This document shows positions 41,028 through 50,681 of a DNA stretch of 64,000 nucleotides, piece by piece. Under the pieces are notes generated by a model. It was given only the letters and a program-made list of their open reading frames with translations, did no database searches and was not told the origin of the DNA. This DNA comes from a virus. Position 1 is the first letter of the stretch. Every line of letters begins with the position of its first letter. The stretch covers positions 1-64,000 of the IMG/VR virus record IMGVR_UViG_3300027754_000039; one strand, written 5' to 3'. A program made the translations under genes and the position numbers.

Positions 41028-43595
41028 TTAACTAAATGAAAAGAAATCTGCCATATTATCATTCTTAGGTATGCCTCCCCAATTCAAAGCTTGATAAAAA
41101 TCACCTAACTTATTTTCCAAAGAAGCAATAAATATCCTTTCATAATCAATATATTGAGTTATAAATTTAATAATTTCTTTTGGATCTTCAAAGCCCTTTA
41201 CAGCTAAAGTATCTAATCCTAATGGATTTTGTTTAAGATAAGTCCATTTAATTTTTTCTCCATCCAATATAGGTTGTGAAGCCGTAATATTATAATATAT
41301 CATTAAGTCATTATAATTCAATGCCGACTTAGCGTGTATTGGAGTTCCTTTAACTCTGTTACCAAATACTTGACCTTTAATCTTTTTAGTTTTGTATTTG
41401 GATAATTCTTTAATACCTGTCGGAAACATAATGTCAAACATAGGTTTAGTTTTCATATCTTCTCGAAATGCTAACACCTTATCATCAATTTTTTTCTTTT
41501 CAGAAATATTTAAAATGTCAATTAAGATACCTGACATAAACTCTCTAAATGCTTTTGGAAAATTACTTCTTACAACATCCATACCTTTAACATCTAACTT
41601 CCACTCTTTAGCTCCGTTAGTCATTTGTGATATTAATACTCCTTTCTCAGAAATAATTTTTTGTGCATAACGTTTTTTTGCAATCCACAAACCAGATTCA
41701 GATACATACTCTTGTTTAATATTTAAAAAGTGTTTATCTGAATTTAAAAAGTGCTTACAAAATTCATCCCAAGATGCATTAATATAATTTTCAACTACTT
41801 GAGAAGTTTTATAAGTAACGTCAATCTTCTCTTGCTTGGTCATCTCTTTACCCATCTTAGTTTCCATTAAGTCAATAATTGGCTTAGCTGAAAAGTAATT
41901 GGAATCTGTATCTACATAAATTACATACTCTTTATCAACTCCTGTCTGTTTAGTAAACCATTCATTGCCTTTCATCATGGCGTGACGAATAACTTGCTGA
42001 CCTGTTAATGTAATTGACTCTGCATTATCTAAATCATGAAATCTAAATCCAGGAGCTCCTAAAGCTCCATATAAAGAGTTATTTACAATCTTCATAGTGT
42101 GCTGTCTGGAGTCAAAGAATTTAGACATATCAGCATTACCCTCCTTACCATACTTCTTTGCTAAGCCACGATATTCTTCACGCTCGCCCATCCAAGTTTC
42201 TAATATAGAAGGAATCAATCCACTTTTGGAATAATCATATACAACACCAATAGAAGATACTGTAAATTTATTATCTACTAACCATTGTCTAAATTCTACA
42301 ATTGGAATCATTACGTGCTTAGCACCTGATTTAATTTTAGCATTGGCATTGGAAAAAGAGTCAGTCCAAAAATCATTTTTAACTGCATCCCAATTTTCTA
42401 CTCTACCTACTTTGGTCTCTGGAGATATATTTAACGTTCTAATAATAGAAGGATATAGTGAAGCCATATCCTCATCAAACACCCATTCATATAAACCTGG
42501 TATTGGATCTTTTACATAAGCTCCAGCAAAATCATTAGAATGTGGATCTGTCGATTCTGCAGAGTGATCTCTTAACTTTCTATTAGGAGCAATAATGCCT
42601 AAACGTTTCATATACGTTACACAGGCTCCATCTAAATATCTAGTTGTAAAATAAACATCTTCATAAGGCACATGACCTTTATGACAGATACCTCGAGCCA
42701 AAGATAGGAATTTAAGTTTTTCATCTAACTCTAAAACTAATATAACGTCATTGATATTATATGCAATAAACTTTTCAGGATCTGTTTTATATAAATGATC
42801 CAAAGTTCCTTCATATTCAATTTTACCTTTACCTAATTCTTTTTTAGAAATAGAATCTAACGAATAAGACACCTCTTCAGAGTATGTAAATAATTTATAC
42901 AATGCCATGTAATCTAAACAACTAACACCCATAATTCTATAACGATTACGATGTTGAAGATAAATTACTTCATTGATTGGAGATAGCGAATCGGCATATT
43001 CCTTACCTACTACCTTTGTCATACGATTATATAAATAAGGAATATCAAAGAAATCAATATTCCATCCTGTTATAATGGTCGGTCTTATTTCTTGATAGTG
43101 AGCTAGAAATCTAGAAATCAATTCGTGTTCAGTTTGAACTACTTCTAAAATTAAATTAGCATCTGTATATGGCTTTAAAGTTCTTTTAGCATCGACAATA
43201 ATAGCTACTGACTGATTGCCTACTCTATCATGAAAGGCAATTGAAGTCATTGGTTGCCAAGCATCTTCTGCTGACGAAAAGCCTCCTTCGGTATTTACTT
43301 CAATATCTATAAATAATTCTCTATGTCCTATTGAAGGCTCATCTGTTTGAAAATATAAATCAATTAAAGTTCTAGTCTCTGGATTAATATCTGATTCATA
43401 TATATGACCTTTTTGAACATCCATTTCATCCCAATCAGTTACTCTATCAACTTTCGATCCATCTAAAGCTGCATGACGACCATGAGAATTTTTCTTATAA
43501 GCATATTTTTTATATGGGAATTTAAGATGACCATTTTTGTCATCCCAGACGTGCATAATATTTTTATGCTTTTGATATGCTATATTTTGGTACAT
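41028..43595 (-). CDS. family B DNA polymerase (gp43-like)
   Basis: DIEV, GWNIDFFD, DMASLYPS, KIVNNSLYG, YVDTDS. Confidence 0.97.
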   Translation of the reverse strand: MYQNIAYQKHKNIMHVWDDKNGHLKFPYKKYAYKKNSHGRHAALDGSKVDRVTDWDEMDVQKGHIYESDINPETRTLIDLYFQTDEPSIGHRELFIDIEVNTEGGFSSAEDAWQPMTSIAFHDRVGNQSVAIIVDAKRTLKPYTDANLILEVVQTEHELISRFLAHYQEIRPTIITGWNIDFFDIPYLYNRMTKVVGKEYADSLSPINEVIYLQHRNRYRIMGVSCLDYMALYKLFTYSEEVSYSLDSISKKELGKGKIEYEGTLDHLYKTDPEKFIAYNINDVILVLELDEKLKFLSLARGICHKGHVPYEDVYFTTRYLDGACVTYMKRLGIIAPNRKLRDHSAESTDPHSNDFAGAYVKDPIPGLYEWVFDEDMASLYPSIIRTLNISPETKVGRVENWDAVKNDFWTDSFSNANAKIKSGAKHVMIPIVEFRQWLVDNKFTVSSIGVVYDYSKSGLIPSILETWMGEREEYRGLAKKYGKEGNADMSKFFDSRQHTMKIVNNSLYGALGAPGFRFHDLDNAESITLTGQQVIRHAMMKGNEWFTKQTGVDKEYVIYVDTDSNYFSAKPIIDLMETKMGKEMTKQEKIDVTYKTSQVVENYINASWDEFCKHFLNSDKHFLNIKQEYVSESGLWIAKKRYAQKIISEKGVLISQMTNGAKEWKLDVKGMDVVRSNFPKAFREFMSGILIDILNISEKKKIDDKVLAFREDMKTKPMFDIMFPTGIKELSKYKTKKIKGQVFGNRVKGTPIHAKSALNYNDLMIYYNITASQPILDGEKIKWTYLKQNPLGLDTLAVKGFEDPKEIIKFITQYIDYERIFIASLENKLGDFYQALNWGGIPKNDNMADFFSFS

Positions 43596-43596
43596 C

Positions 43597-44619
43597 TTAT
43601 TTTTCTGATTTAATTATATCAATCATTGTTTGTGCATTGTTATTCCACTTTGCTGTCCACTCAAAAGGAACAGTTAAGTCACAACTGTCAAATAGAAAAT
43701 CAATATCTTTAACTCTGTCATATACATTGACAGACGGTACCATTTCAGGGCAACATGCTCTATTTGGAACTAATATATTACAATTAAAGAAAATAGCTTC
43801 TTGTATTGTATATCCAAAAGTTTCTTGATAACAGGTTGATAAATACCAACGAGCCTTTGCCATTAAAGTAAAATATTCTTTTTTAGTTAAGTTAAATTTA
43901 AACTCGATATTTCTAGGCAGATTAGTTCCACAATCTTTTACAGGACCTGAAGACGTAACTATTATTTTTTTATTTGTGCTATTGGCATATTGAATTAACT
44001 CGCCTAAGCCTTTTTCATTACACCACCTATGAGGCCAAATAACAAAATCTTCTTTTACAACATATCCAATCTCTTCATGAAACTCTTGCATATAATTCAA
44101 GTCCCAAATTAAACCTGTCGTATGCACTGTAGCTGTATTCAATCCAAAATATTCACATACATTATATTTGTGATCGTCGCTACCTACAAAAATGCCATCA
44201 CAAATTTGATGATATCCTAATTCAGAAGCGTCTGCCCAATGACCTAATTTTTGTACAAAGTCTGTGCTATCAGCTCTACCAGCATAATTAATTCCATATA
44301 CCTTAACATCAATATCTTGAAGCTCTGCCATGTATTTAATCATTTCAATACCTGGGAAGAATATATCTCCTATTAGAAATGCATCTCCATTATTAACTTT
44401 GCCTTCATTGAAAAGGTCTGCAATCATTTGCAACTGTGCTGCTTTGAATTTGCAAGTATTAACAATATCTAAAAATTGACCACGCTTGATTTCTTTGTCA
44501 ATTTCTACCTTCGGATACAATGAAATGTCTACTTTAGGGTAAATAGCTGCATTCATCATTTGGGTATAGCGAGCTGGTAACTCTTCTATAGGAATGTAAA
44601 TTATTTTATTTTTTGTCAT
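43597..44619 (-). CDS. GT-B glycosyltransferase, candidate DNA-modifying
   Basis: HRWCNEKG, QETFGYTIQEA, PEM; abuts the polymerase gene. Confidence 0.78.
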   Translation of the reverse strand: MTKNKIIYIPIEELPARYTQMMNAAIYPKVDISLYPKVEIDKEIKRGQFLDIVNTCKFKAAQLQMIADLFNEGKVNNGDAFLIGDIFFPGIEMIKYMAELQDIDVKVYGINYAGRADSTDFVQKLGHWADASELGYHQICDGIFVGSDDHKYNVCEYFGLNTATVHTTGLIWDLNYMQEFHEEIGYVVKEDFVIWPHRWCNEKGLGELIQYANSTNKKIIVTSSGPVKDCGTNLPRNIEFKFNLTKKEYFTLMAKARWYLSTCYQETFGYTIQEAIFFNCNILVPNRACCPEMVPSVNVYDRVKDIDFLFDSCDLTVPFEWTAKWNNNAQTMIDIIKSEK

Positions 44620-44650
44620 AACTTTTTATTTTAATAAAATATATGATTTT

Positions 44651-46051
44651 CTATTCAAAAAAGCTAGAGATAGTTTTGTTTTCTTTTGGTAATTCTTTTT
44701 TAATTAAATTACCATTATCATCTGGAACTCCTAAGTAAGTAAATTGCTTTTCATGAAGTATTTGATACCAAGATTGATTGGTGTATATAGCTTCTATATC
44801 TGAAGTAAGATATATTGTTCCTTTTGTATTTTCCGTTCTAAAATAATCTTCTAAAGACATCCAAAACCCTTTATGCTCTTTTAAATAAGTATAAAGACGA
44901 TTGCGTGGTTCTTGTTTTGCTTGCACTCCACCAAAAGCATCTTCAACTAAATTTAACAAAGCTGTTTCATAATCTACTTTATATTGAGTAAATTCCAACT
45001 CTACTTTAGTCTCATCTACTTTCCAGGTATTATAAGCTGACCATATTATATCCGATACTTCTTTGGAATCTGCAACTATTAAATTGCTCATGCCTTGAAA
45101 ATTATAATGCCAATCATAATTGCGTAAAACAACTGTCGGCATAAATCGAAGAGCCTCTAAAACTGCAATACCAAAGGATTCATTTTTATAAGGCATAAAT
45201 GCTACTTTGGCAGATTGAATTATTTTTGCTTTCTCTTCTCCTACAACATCACATTTGATTTCATAATTGGTATGACCTATAGCAGCAAAGTCAGCTTCAA
45301 ACTTTTTAACGTGTGCAGAACGAGTTAGCACTTTTGCTTTTAACTCAACTCCATGCTTTGCTTTTATATCGGCCAGTACCTTAATATACATACCCGGATT
45401 CTTTCTATCCTCGTGTCTTCCTATATAGAGTACCCCTTCCTTCTCAAGATTGTATACGACGTTAGAATCGGTTAATGGATAAGGCTGAATATATAAATTA
45501 GGATTGGAGTAAGGCAATTTAGATAGTAGCTTTGCTTTATTTTGTTTAGTTTGTATCAATGTTGTAATTGGAAAATACATCATTTGCTCAATTAAATTAT
45601 AATAACAATCTTTAAATACTCCAGCTCCTAATTCTGGATTTATAGATTGACATTCATGAGCGTATGAACTAACTCTCATATGTTTATAAAGCTCTAATTG
45701 ATAACATACAAAAGCAGACTCTGTGTCATTGCAAATAACTAAATCATACTTATGATTAGCTAACGCTTTTACTATTGCAGTTCGAAAATTAATTGACTTT
45801 TCAAAATTAAAGCTGTCTGCAAATTGAAATAAATTGGAATGCTTACCATAAGACAATCGCTCTTGCTTGTCTGGATAGTAAACACTAATTCCAGATTCTT
45901 TTAGAAAATTTTCTTCAGGTTCTCCGTCACATATAACATCTATAAAATGCCCATGCTCTAATAAAGTTTCTACTACCCCCTTCATGAAAATTCCGTGTCC
46001 TGAACTAGGCCTAAAATTCATTCTGTTAATGATGAATGCTACTCTTTTCAT
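44651..46051 (-). CDS. GT-B (GT4-like) glycosyltransferase with C-terminal extension and clamp-binding-like motif
   Basis: GRHEDRKN, NESFGIAVLEA; ends NKTISSFFE. Confidence 0.8.
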   Translation of the reverse strand: MKRVAFIINRMNFRPSSGHGIFMKGVVETLLEHGHFIDVICDGEPEENFLKESGISVYYPDKQERLSYGKHSNLFQFADSFNFEKSINFRTAIVKALANHKYDLVICNDTESAFVCYQLELYKHMRVSSYAHECQSINPELGAGVFKDCYYNLIEQMMYFPITTLIQTKQNKAKLLSKLPYSNPNLYIQPYPLTDSNVVYNLEKEGVLYIGRHEDRKNPGMYIKVLADIKAKHGVELKAKVLTRSAHVKKFEADFAAIGHTNYEIKCDVVGEEKAKIIQSAKVAFMPYKNESFGIAVLEALRFMPTVVLRNYDWHYNFQGMSNLIVADSKEVSDIIWSAYNTWKVDETKVELEFTQYKVDYETALLNLVEDAFGGVQAKQEPRNRLYTYLKEHKGFWMSLEDYFRTENTKGTIYLTSDIEAIYTNQSWYQILHEKQFTYLGVPDDNGNLIKKELPKENKTISSFFE

Positions 46052-46074
46052 AATATATTTTTTAAAAATAATAT

Positions 46075-46410
46075 CCGTGCCGGCGGGTTATTATCCTTTA
46101 ATTAATTGTTTAGTTGCTGTTAATTTATCGATACGAGAATCGATATACGAGTGATTCTCATCTACTCGTCTATGTACATTTTCTAATTCCTTTTCTATCC
46201 TTTGATAAATTTCAGAATTGCCATTATTTATGAATTGGTGAATTTGATTTACTTCATCTTGTAAACCTCTTAATTGTTTTTGCTGTTTTAATACCTTCAC
46301 AATACTCAAAACAATAACTGACGCAAAAACGACAGCTATTACAGAAAGCACTCCAAAAGTAAATGATACTATTTCCATATTGCTTATTTTGTTTTTATTT
46401 GCCGGCACGG
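46075..46410. repeat. 10-bp perfect GC-rich inverted repeat CCGTGCCGGC (46075..46084) / GCCGGCACGG (46401..46410) flanking one gene
   Basis: Read directly from sequence. Confidence 0.8.
46091..46378 (-). CDS. N-terminal TM plus coiled-coil protein
   Basis: MEIVSF start preferred over 46417. Confidence 0.65.
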   Translation of the reverse strand: MEIVSFTFGVLSVIAVVFASVIVLSIVKVLKQQKQLRGLQDEVNQIHQFINNGNSEIYQRIEKELENVHRRVDENHSYIDSRIDKLTATKQLIKG

Positions 46411-46766
46411 CTATCATTTACGCTACCAGAGGTTGCAAGTACTTTTAAAGCTACAATGTCAGGGACTTGAAATCCTAACAATCGCAAATCAGCTAAATCC
46501 ATACGAGTTAATCCTTTGGCCGTAATTTTTTTTCTTCTATTTGATTCGTGTTTAAATTTTAATAACTCAGCACACTTTTCATATTCTTCTAAATTGCTAT
46601 AATATATTATCAAGCAATCATAGATAAATTGTCTATCTGTATGTTTAGGTACATCATACTTACATACTAACCTAAATACATTATCAATCGTTTGCTTCGC
46701 TGACGGAAGTTCTTCTGCCATCACTAAAAACAAATTTAATCGATCTTGACGTTCGTCCGGAGTCAT
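46395..46766 (-). CDS. hypothetical protein with UVR-like motif
   Basis: EEYEKCAELLK. Confidence 0.6.
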   Translation of the reverse strand: MTPDERQDRLNLFLVMAEELPSAKQTIDNVFRLVCKYDVPKHTDRQFIYDCLIIYYSNLEEYEKCAELLKFKHESNRRKKITAKGLTRMDLADLRLLGFQVPDIVALKVLATSGSVNDSRAGK

Positions 46767-47398
46767 TAATCTAACTTATCTACGAAACGATAAAACTCAT
46801 TTCTAGCTGCTGGGTCAATTAAAAATGCTCCTGACATCTTTGAAGTCATCATTGTCGAGTCGTGACGTACACCTCTCACACAAGCACACATATGATTCGC
46901 TGCTACCATTACTGCTACACCTTTATTACCTTCACACACTGTATTGATATACTCGTGAATTTGCATAGTTAAATTTTCTTGAACCTGAGGTCTGCGAGCA
47001 AAATACTCTACAATACGATTTAGTTTAGACAATCCAATAACCTTACCATCTTCAGACGGAATATAAGCTACGTGTGCATATCCAATAAAAGGTAAATGAT
47101 GATGAGAGCAAAAAGACTTTACATCAATATTGCCTTGAAATACAATTCCATCATACTTATCTAAATTGTCAAATGCTGTAATTTTCGGAGCATCTTCATA
47201 ACAACCTTGAGCTAAATCATTAACAAAGGCTTTTGCAACTCGCATTGGAGTGTCTGAAGAGTTAGGATCGTTTTCCCAATCAATACCTAACGCAGTCATG
47301 TAAGCTCCATAATGTGAAGCTGCAGCTATAATCATAGCCTGCTTCTCTTCTTTAGTTCTAGGAATAGAAGAGTTAGCATATTTTAATAATTCTTTCAT
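46766..47398 (-). CDS. folE: GTP cyclohydrolase I
   Basis: [32 protein letters not shown], CxxxRG. Confidence 0.96.
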   Translation of the reverse strand: MKELLKYANSSIPRTKEEKQAMIIAAASHYGAYMTALGIDWENDPNSSDTPMRVAKAFVNDLAQGCYEDAPKITAFDNLDKYDGIVFQGNIDVKSFCSHHHLPFIGYAHVAYIPSEDGKVIGLSKLNRIVEYFARRPQVQENLTMQIHEYINTVCEGNKGVAVMVAANHMCACVRGVRHDSTMMTSKMSGAFLIDPAARNEFYRFVDKLD

Positions 47399-47402
47399 AT
47401 TG

Positions 47403-47434
47403 TAAATATAAGGAGTTCTAATGAATAAACCAAA
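47403..47434 (-). promoter_or_regulatory. Bacteroidota-type promoter TTTG-N20-TATATTTA, 4 nt before the folE ATG
   Basis: Motif fills the gap. Confidence 0.78.
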
Positions 47435-47767
47435 TTATAATGGTAATTCAATTTGAGTATTTTCTTTAAATACTGCTAGCAAATCAGACTCTCTGAAAAG
47501 AATATATTTTTCTTTGTTAAGTTTAATTTCTTGACCACCATATGCTGGTATCATTACTTCATCACCTTCTTTAACTGACATTGGAATTGAAACTCCATTC
47601 TGAGTATACAATCCAGCTCCTACTGAAATTACTTTTCCCATTTTAACGTCATCTGCAGTTGCAGTTTCTGGAATAATAATTCCTGATGCTGTTTTCTTTT
47701 CTTCTTTAGTTTTATGTTCTTTAACTAAAACTCTGTCGCCTAAAGGCTTAATTACTTTATTTTCCAT
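47435..47767 (-). CDS. groES: co-chaperonin GroES
   Basis: KPLGDRVLV, TASGIIIP, VGAG, ESDLLA. Confidence 0.95.
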   Translation of the reverse strand: MENKVIKPLGDRVLVKEHKTKEEKKTASGIIIPETATADDVKMGKVISVGAGLYTQNGVSIPMSVKEGDEVMIPAYGGQEIKLNKEKYILFRESDLLAVFKENTQIELPL

Positions 47768-47768
47768 A

Positions 47769-47957
47769 TTAATCGATTGTATATTTGTCAGCTCCGTCTT
47801 CTGATTTAGCTACTATGCTTCCGTTAGCTAACACTGTTAATGTTAAATTGTATTCTTGTTTTAAAAAATCTTTAATTGCAACTATATCCATATGGTTTGT
47901 TTTCCATAATAAATGTAAAACGTTCATTGCGTCAAATGCTGTTGGTGTCTGTATCAT
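47769..47957 (-). CDS. hypothetical protein
   Basis: 62 aa ORF. Confidence 0.55.
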   Translation of the reverse strand: MIQTPTAFDAMNVLHLLWKTNHMDIVAIKDFLKQEYNLTLTVLANGSIVAKSEDGADKYTID

Positions 47958-47958
47958 A

Positions 47959-48723
47959 TTATACTCCTCGTTTATCGTTATAAGCTACTATGTGAGCTCT
48001 TCCTGTGAAATTATAGCCTCTTTTAATACACTCTTCCATTACATAAGGATAGTTAGGTTGTAATTTATCTAGCGTATCTCCTGCTGGCATAACCCATACT
48101 TTATTTTTAGGTATGTCATGAGTTGCAATAAACTCTTCTATTTCATTCCACACTTCAGGATCGTTTCTATCTACAACTGGTTTGAAATGATAATCTAAAT
48201 GATACTCCATCATCTTTTTCATAACATCATGATTCATTCTAAATTTGTTATGTTGTGTGATAAGCTTTTCATTTACATCTACTCCTAATGGAGTTTCAGT
48301 TCCTAATTTTGGAATTGAGTTTTTAAACTTAGGTGATAGTGATATTAAATCTATTTTATAATTAGTTTCAATAAAATGGCTTCCTTCAGTTTCAATAGTA
48401 ACATACATTCCTCTCATACGTTTAGCTATATTAACTAATTCATCAACTAACTCAGGATGCATAGTTGGAGAACCACCTGATATCATTAAATGATTGATCT
48501 GAGGATTGGTTTCAAATAGTTCTTGAATAGCATTAAGAGTCCAAGTACCTTTCTCTGGATGAATACTTGTATACCAAGAATCACACCATCCTCCTTCTCC
48601 AAAGTAACATCTGTGAGTACAGCCTGTTGTTCTTACTAGAAAATGAGGACGACCTGCTCGTGAACCTTCAGTTTGAACGCAAGTATATGCTTCAATGATA
48701 GGTTGTATTTTATTATAGTCCAT
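47959..48723 (-). CDS. queE: 7-carboxy-7-deazaguanine synthase (radical SAM)
   Basis: QTEG, RTTGC, CDS, SGGSP, ETEG, SPK; Cys motif is Cx3Cx7C. Confidence 0.9.
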   Translation of the reverse strand: MDYNKIQPIIEAYTCVQTEGSRAGRPHFLVRTTGCTHRCYFGEGGWCDSWYTSIHPEKGTWTLNAIQELFETNPQINHLMISGGSPTMHPELVDELVNIAKRMRGMYVTIETEGSHFIETNYKIDLISLSPKFKNSIPKLGTETPLGVDVNEKLITQHNKFRMNHDVMKKMMEYHLDYHFKPVVDRNDPEVWNEIEEFIATHDIPKNKVWVMPAGDTLDKLQPNYPYVMEECIKRGYNFTGRAHIVAYNDKRGV

Positions 48724-48725
48724 AT

Positions 48726-49064
48726 TTATAACTTATTTTTAATAATATTAATTTTAACATCTCCATTAATAATTTGATCTTGCACCTTAGATGCTTCTTT
48801 AAAGTTTTTACAGTCCGTTACATCCACATTGATTGTTATTCCTAACTCTTTTAATTGCTCAGGCGTTAATGGTTTAATTGGTTCAGGTTTTACAAACTTT
48901 GGATAAGTTCTTTTAAGTGGTTCTTTTTTAAAGAAGTAACCAGCTATGTCGACATAAGGTAATAATTCTTTATCACCTTCAATAGTTGTAGTTCCATTTT
49001 CGGCTTTTAACATTACTATTTTATATCCCATTTTATGAGACAACCATTTAATTATTTTTATCAT
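48726..49064 (-). CDS. hypothetical protein
   Basis: 112 aa ORF between queD and queE. Confidence 0.6.
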   Translation of the reverse strand: MIKIIKWLSHKMGYKIVMLKAENGTTTIEGDKELLPYVDIAGYFFKKEPLKRTYPKFVKPEPIKPLTPEQLKELGITINVDVTDCKNFKEASKVQDQIINGDVKINIIKNKL

Positions 49065-49095
49065 ATATGTAATTTATTTTAATGTCTCCGAATGT

Positions 49096-49108
49096 GGTTG
49101 TTACAACC
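49096..49108 (-). other. short hairpin GGTTG-TAA-CAACC after queD
   Basis: 5-bp perfect stem, no U-tract. Confidence 0.35.
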
Positions 49109-49114
49109 CAATAA

Positions 49115-49591
49115 TTATTCTTCATAGATGCTAGAGTTTTTATCATTTTCAAAACATTCTACTTTAATCACTTTACATCTACCAGCGTCTGTCTTAGATA
49201 ACACTTCATTAAAGTGATCATAAACTAATTTAGCATTGCTTTCAGCTCCCATTTTATCTAGTAAATGAACTTTAGCTAAACCCATTTGCCCTAATTGTTC
49301 AAATACATCAGCATAAGGATCGTCTTTTTGAATTAGTAAAGTATGATCCCACATATGATCCATCCATGACTTAAGACCATTGCCTACTGGTTTGTCTTTA
49401 AACCCTGAATAGTCTACAATCCAATTCATATCGTCTAACTGTTTATTAACGTCAGGTTCATTGGAGGCGAACCATACTTTAAATTTTAACGCATATCCAT
49501 GTAATAATTGACAGTGTGAATGTTGAGCTTTCCACTGTCTAATTGCCACGCTATAGTTATCAAAAGTTTTAGTACTTAAATACTGTGCCAT
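49115..49591 (-). CDS. queD: 6-carboxy-5,6,7,8-tetrahydropterin synthase
   Basis: HCQLLHGY, WIVDY, WDH, AE.NA, VECFEN. Confidence 0.88.
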   Translation of the reverse strand: MAQYLSTKTFDNYSVAIRQWKAQHSHCQLLHGYALKFKVWFASNEPDVNKQLDDMNWIVDYSGFKDKPVGNGLKSWMDHMWDHTLLIQKDDPYADVFEQLGQMGLAKVHLLDKMGAESNAKLVYDHFNEVLSKTDAGRCKVIKVECFENDKNSSIYEE

Positions 49592-49608
49592 TTTATTATT
49601 TTTAGTTA

Positions 49609-50349
49609 TTAATTATTTTTTAATATAGACAATTCTTTGTAAAATACCAAATCTTTTTTAATTAAATTTTCAATTGAAATAAAATCAAATCCAGCATCTT
49701 TAAAAGTCTTTCCTATATATTGTCGAATATGTTGATAATATAAAGTATCATTTATCATTGCCTGAAAATGTGCTTTTCTTATTACCTTATGATTATGTTT
49801 ACATTTAGTTACTAAACTAGTATAGTCTATACCTATATAGTCGCCCATTATGTCAGAAGCAGAAAAATTACCAAATGGGGTTAAATATATTCCTTTACAT
49901 GCTATTCCAACATGATAGTTACTCCTAGCAAAATCAATTTGACTTAAAATTTCGCATTGGTTAGTATATAAATTTTTACATGCTATCATATTTTTATATG
50001 AAGACTTATCAGATTTTTTTCTTTTCTTTAATTTATCAATTAATTGAAGCCTATCAGATCCTACTATCCCTGCAAAGGTATTGCCCCCTTCCCCGCCTTC
50101 GGCTATATTATAAAACTCAGCCGAGTTTACTGCGTCGTATAATTTAATATATCGTTTTTCTGCTGAGCGAACTTCATCTTTACTATTAAAGTATTCAAGT
50201 ACTACTCTTGTGAAATTTTCACATCCATGTTTTTTAATAGCTCGCCGTAAAAGTTTACCTGAACCTAAATACTTATCCGTGTCTTTACCTTCATACTTAC
50301 CAATATACTTTTTATTATTAATAAGACAGGTTGTTATATATACAAACAT
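49609..50349 (-). mobile_element. free-standing GIY-YIG homing endonuclease (Seg-like)
   Basis: FVYIT...KKYIG...YLGSG...AIKKHG.ENF; FYNIAEGG. Confidence 0.88.
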
Positions 50350-50408
50350 CTTTTAAAATAAATATATAAAACCTCCATAATCTATTAAATATAATAAATT
50401 CTTTTCAA

Positions 50409-50669
50409 TTAAACAAGAATATTTAACTTACGAAGAGAATTAATTGCAATCTTTTCTCCTAGAGAAAGAAAGTCTTCTTGCTTGGTTGTTGAAAGAGCAA
50501 TCTCAATCATATTATTAACCAGTGTCTTTTTATCGTCTGAAGCTGTTAATAAGAATGTGCTTAGCACATCTATGTTAAGATAATTCTCTGTAACTACAAC
50601 GGGTTCCGGAGTTACTTGATCGACGAATGAGCCTAAATTGCCATTTCTCGATTTATTTTCTTTTGCCAT
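50409..50669 (-). CDS. hypothetical protein
   Basis: 86 aa ORF downstream of a promoter. Confidence 0.6.
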   Translation of the reverse strand: MAKENKSRNGNLGSFVDQVTPEPVVVTENYLNIDVLSTFLLTASDDKKTLVNNMIEIALSTTKQEDFLSLGEKIAINSLRKLNILV

Positions 50670-50681
50670 AACTAATTTTTA

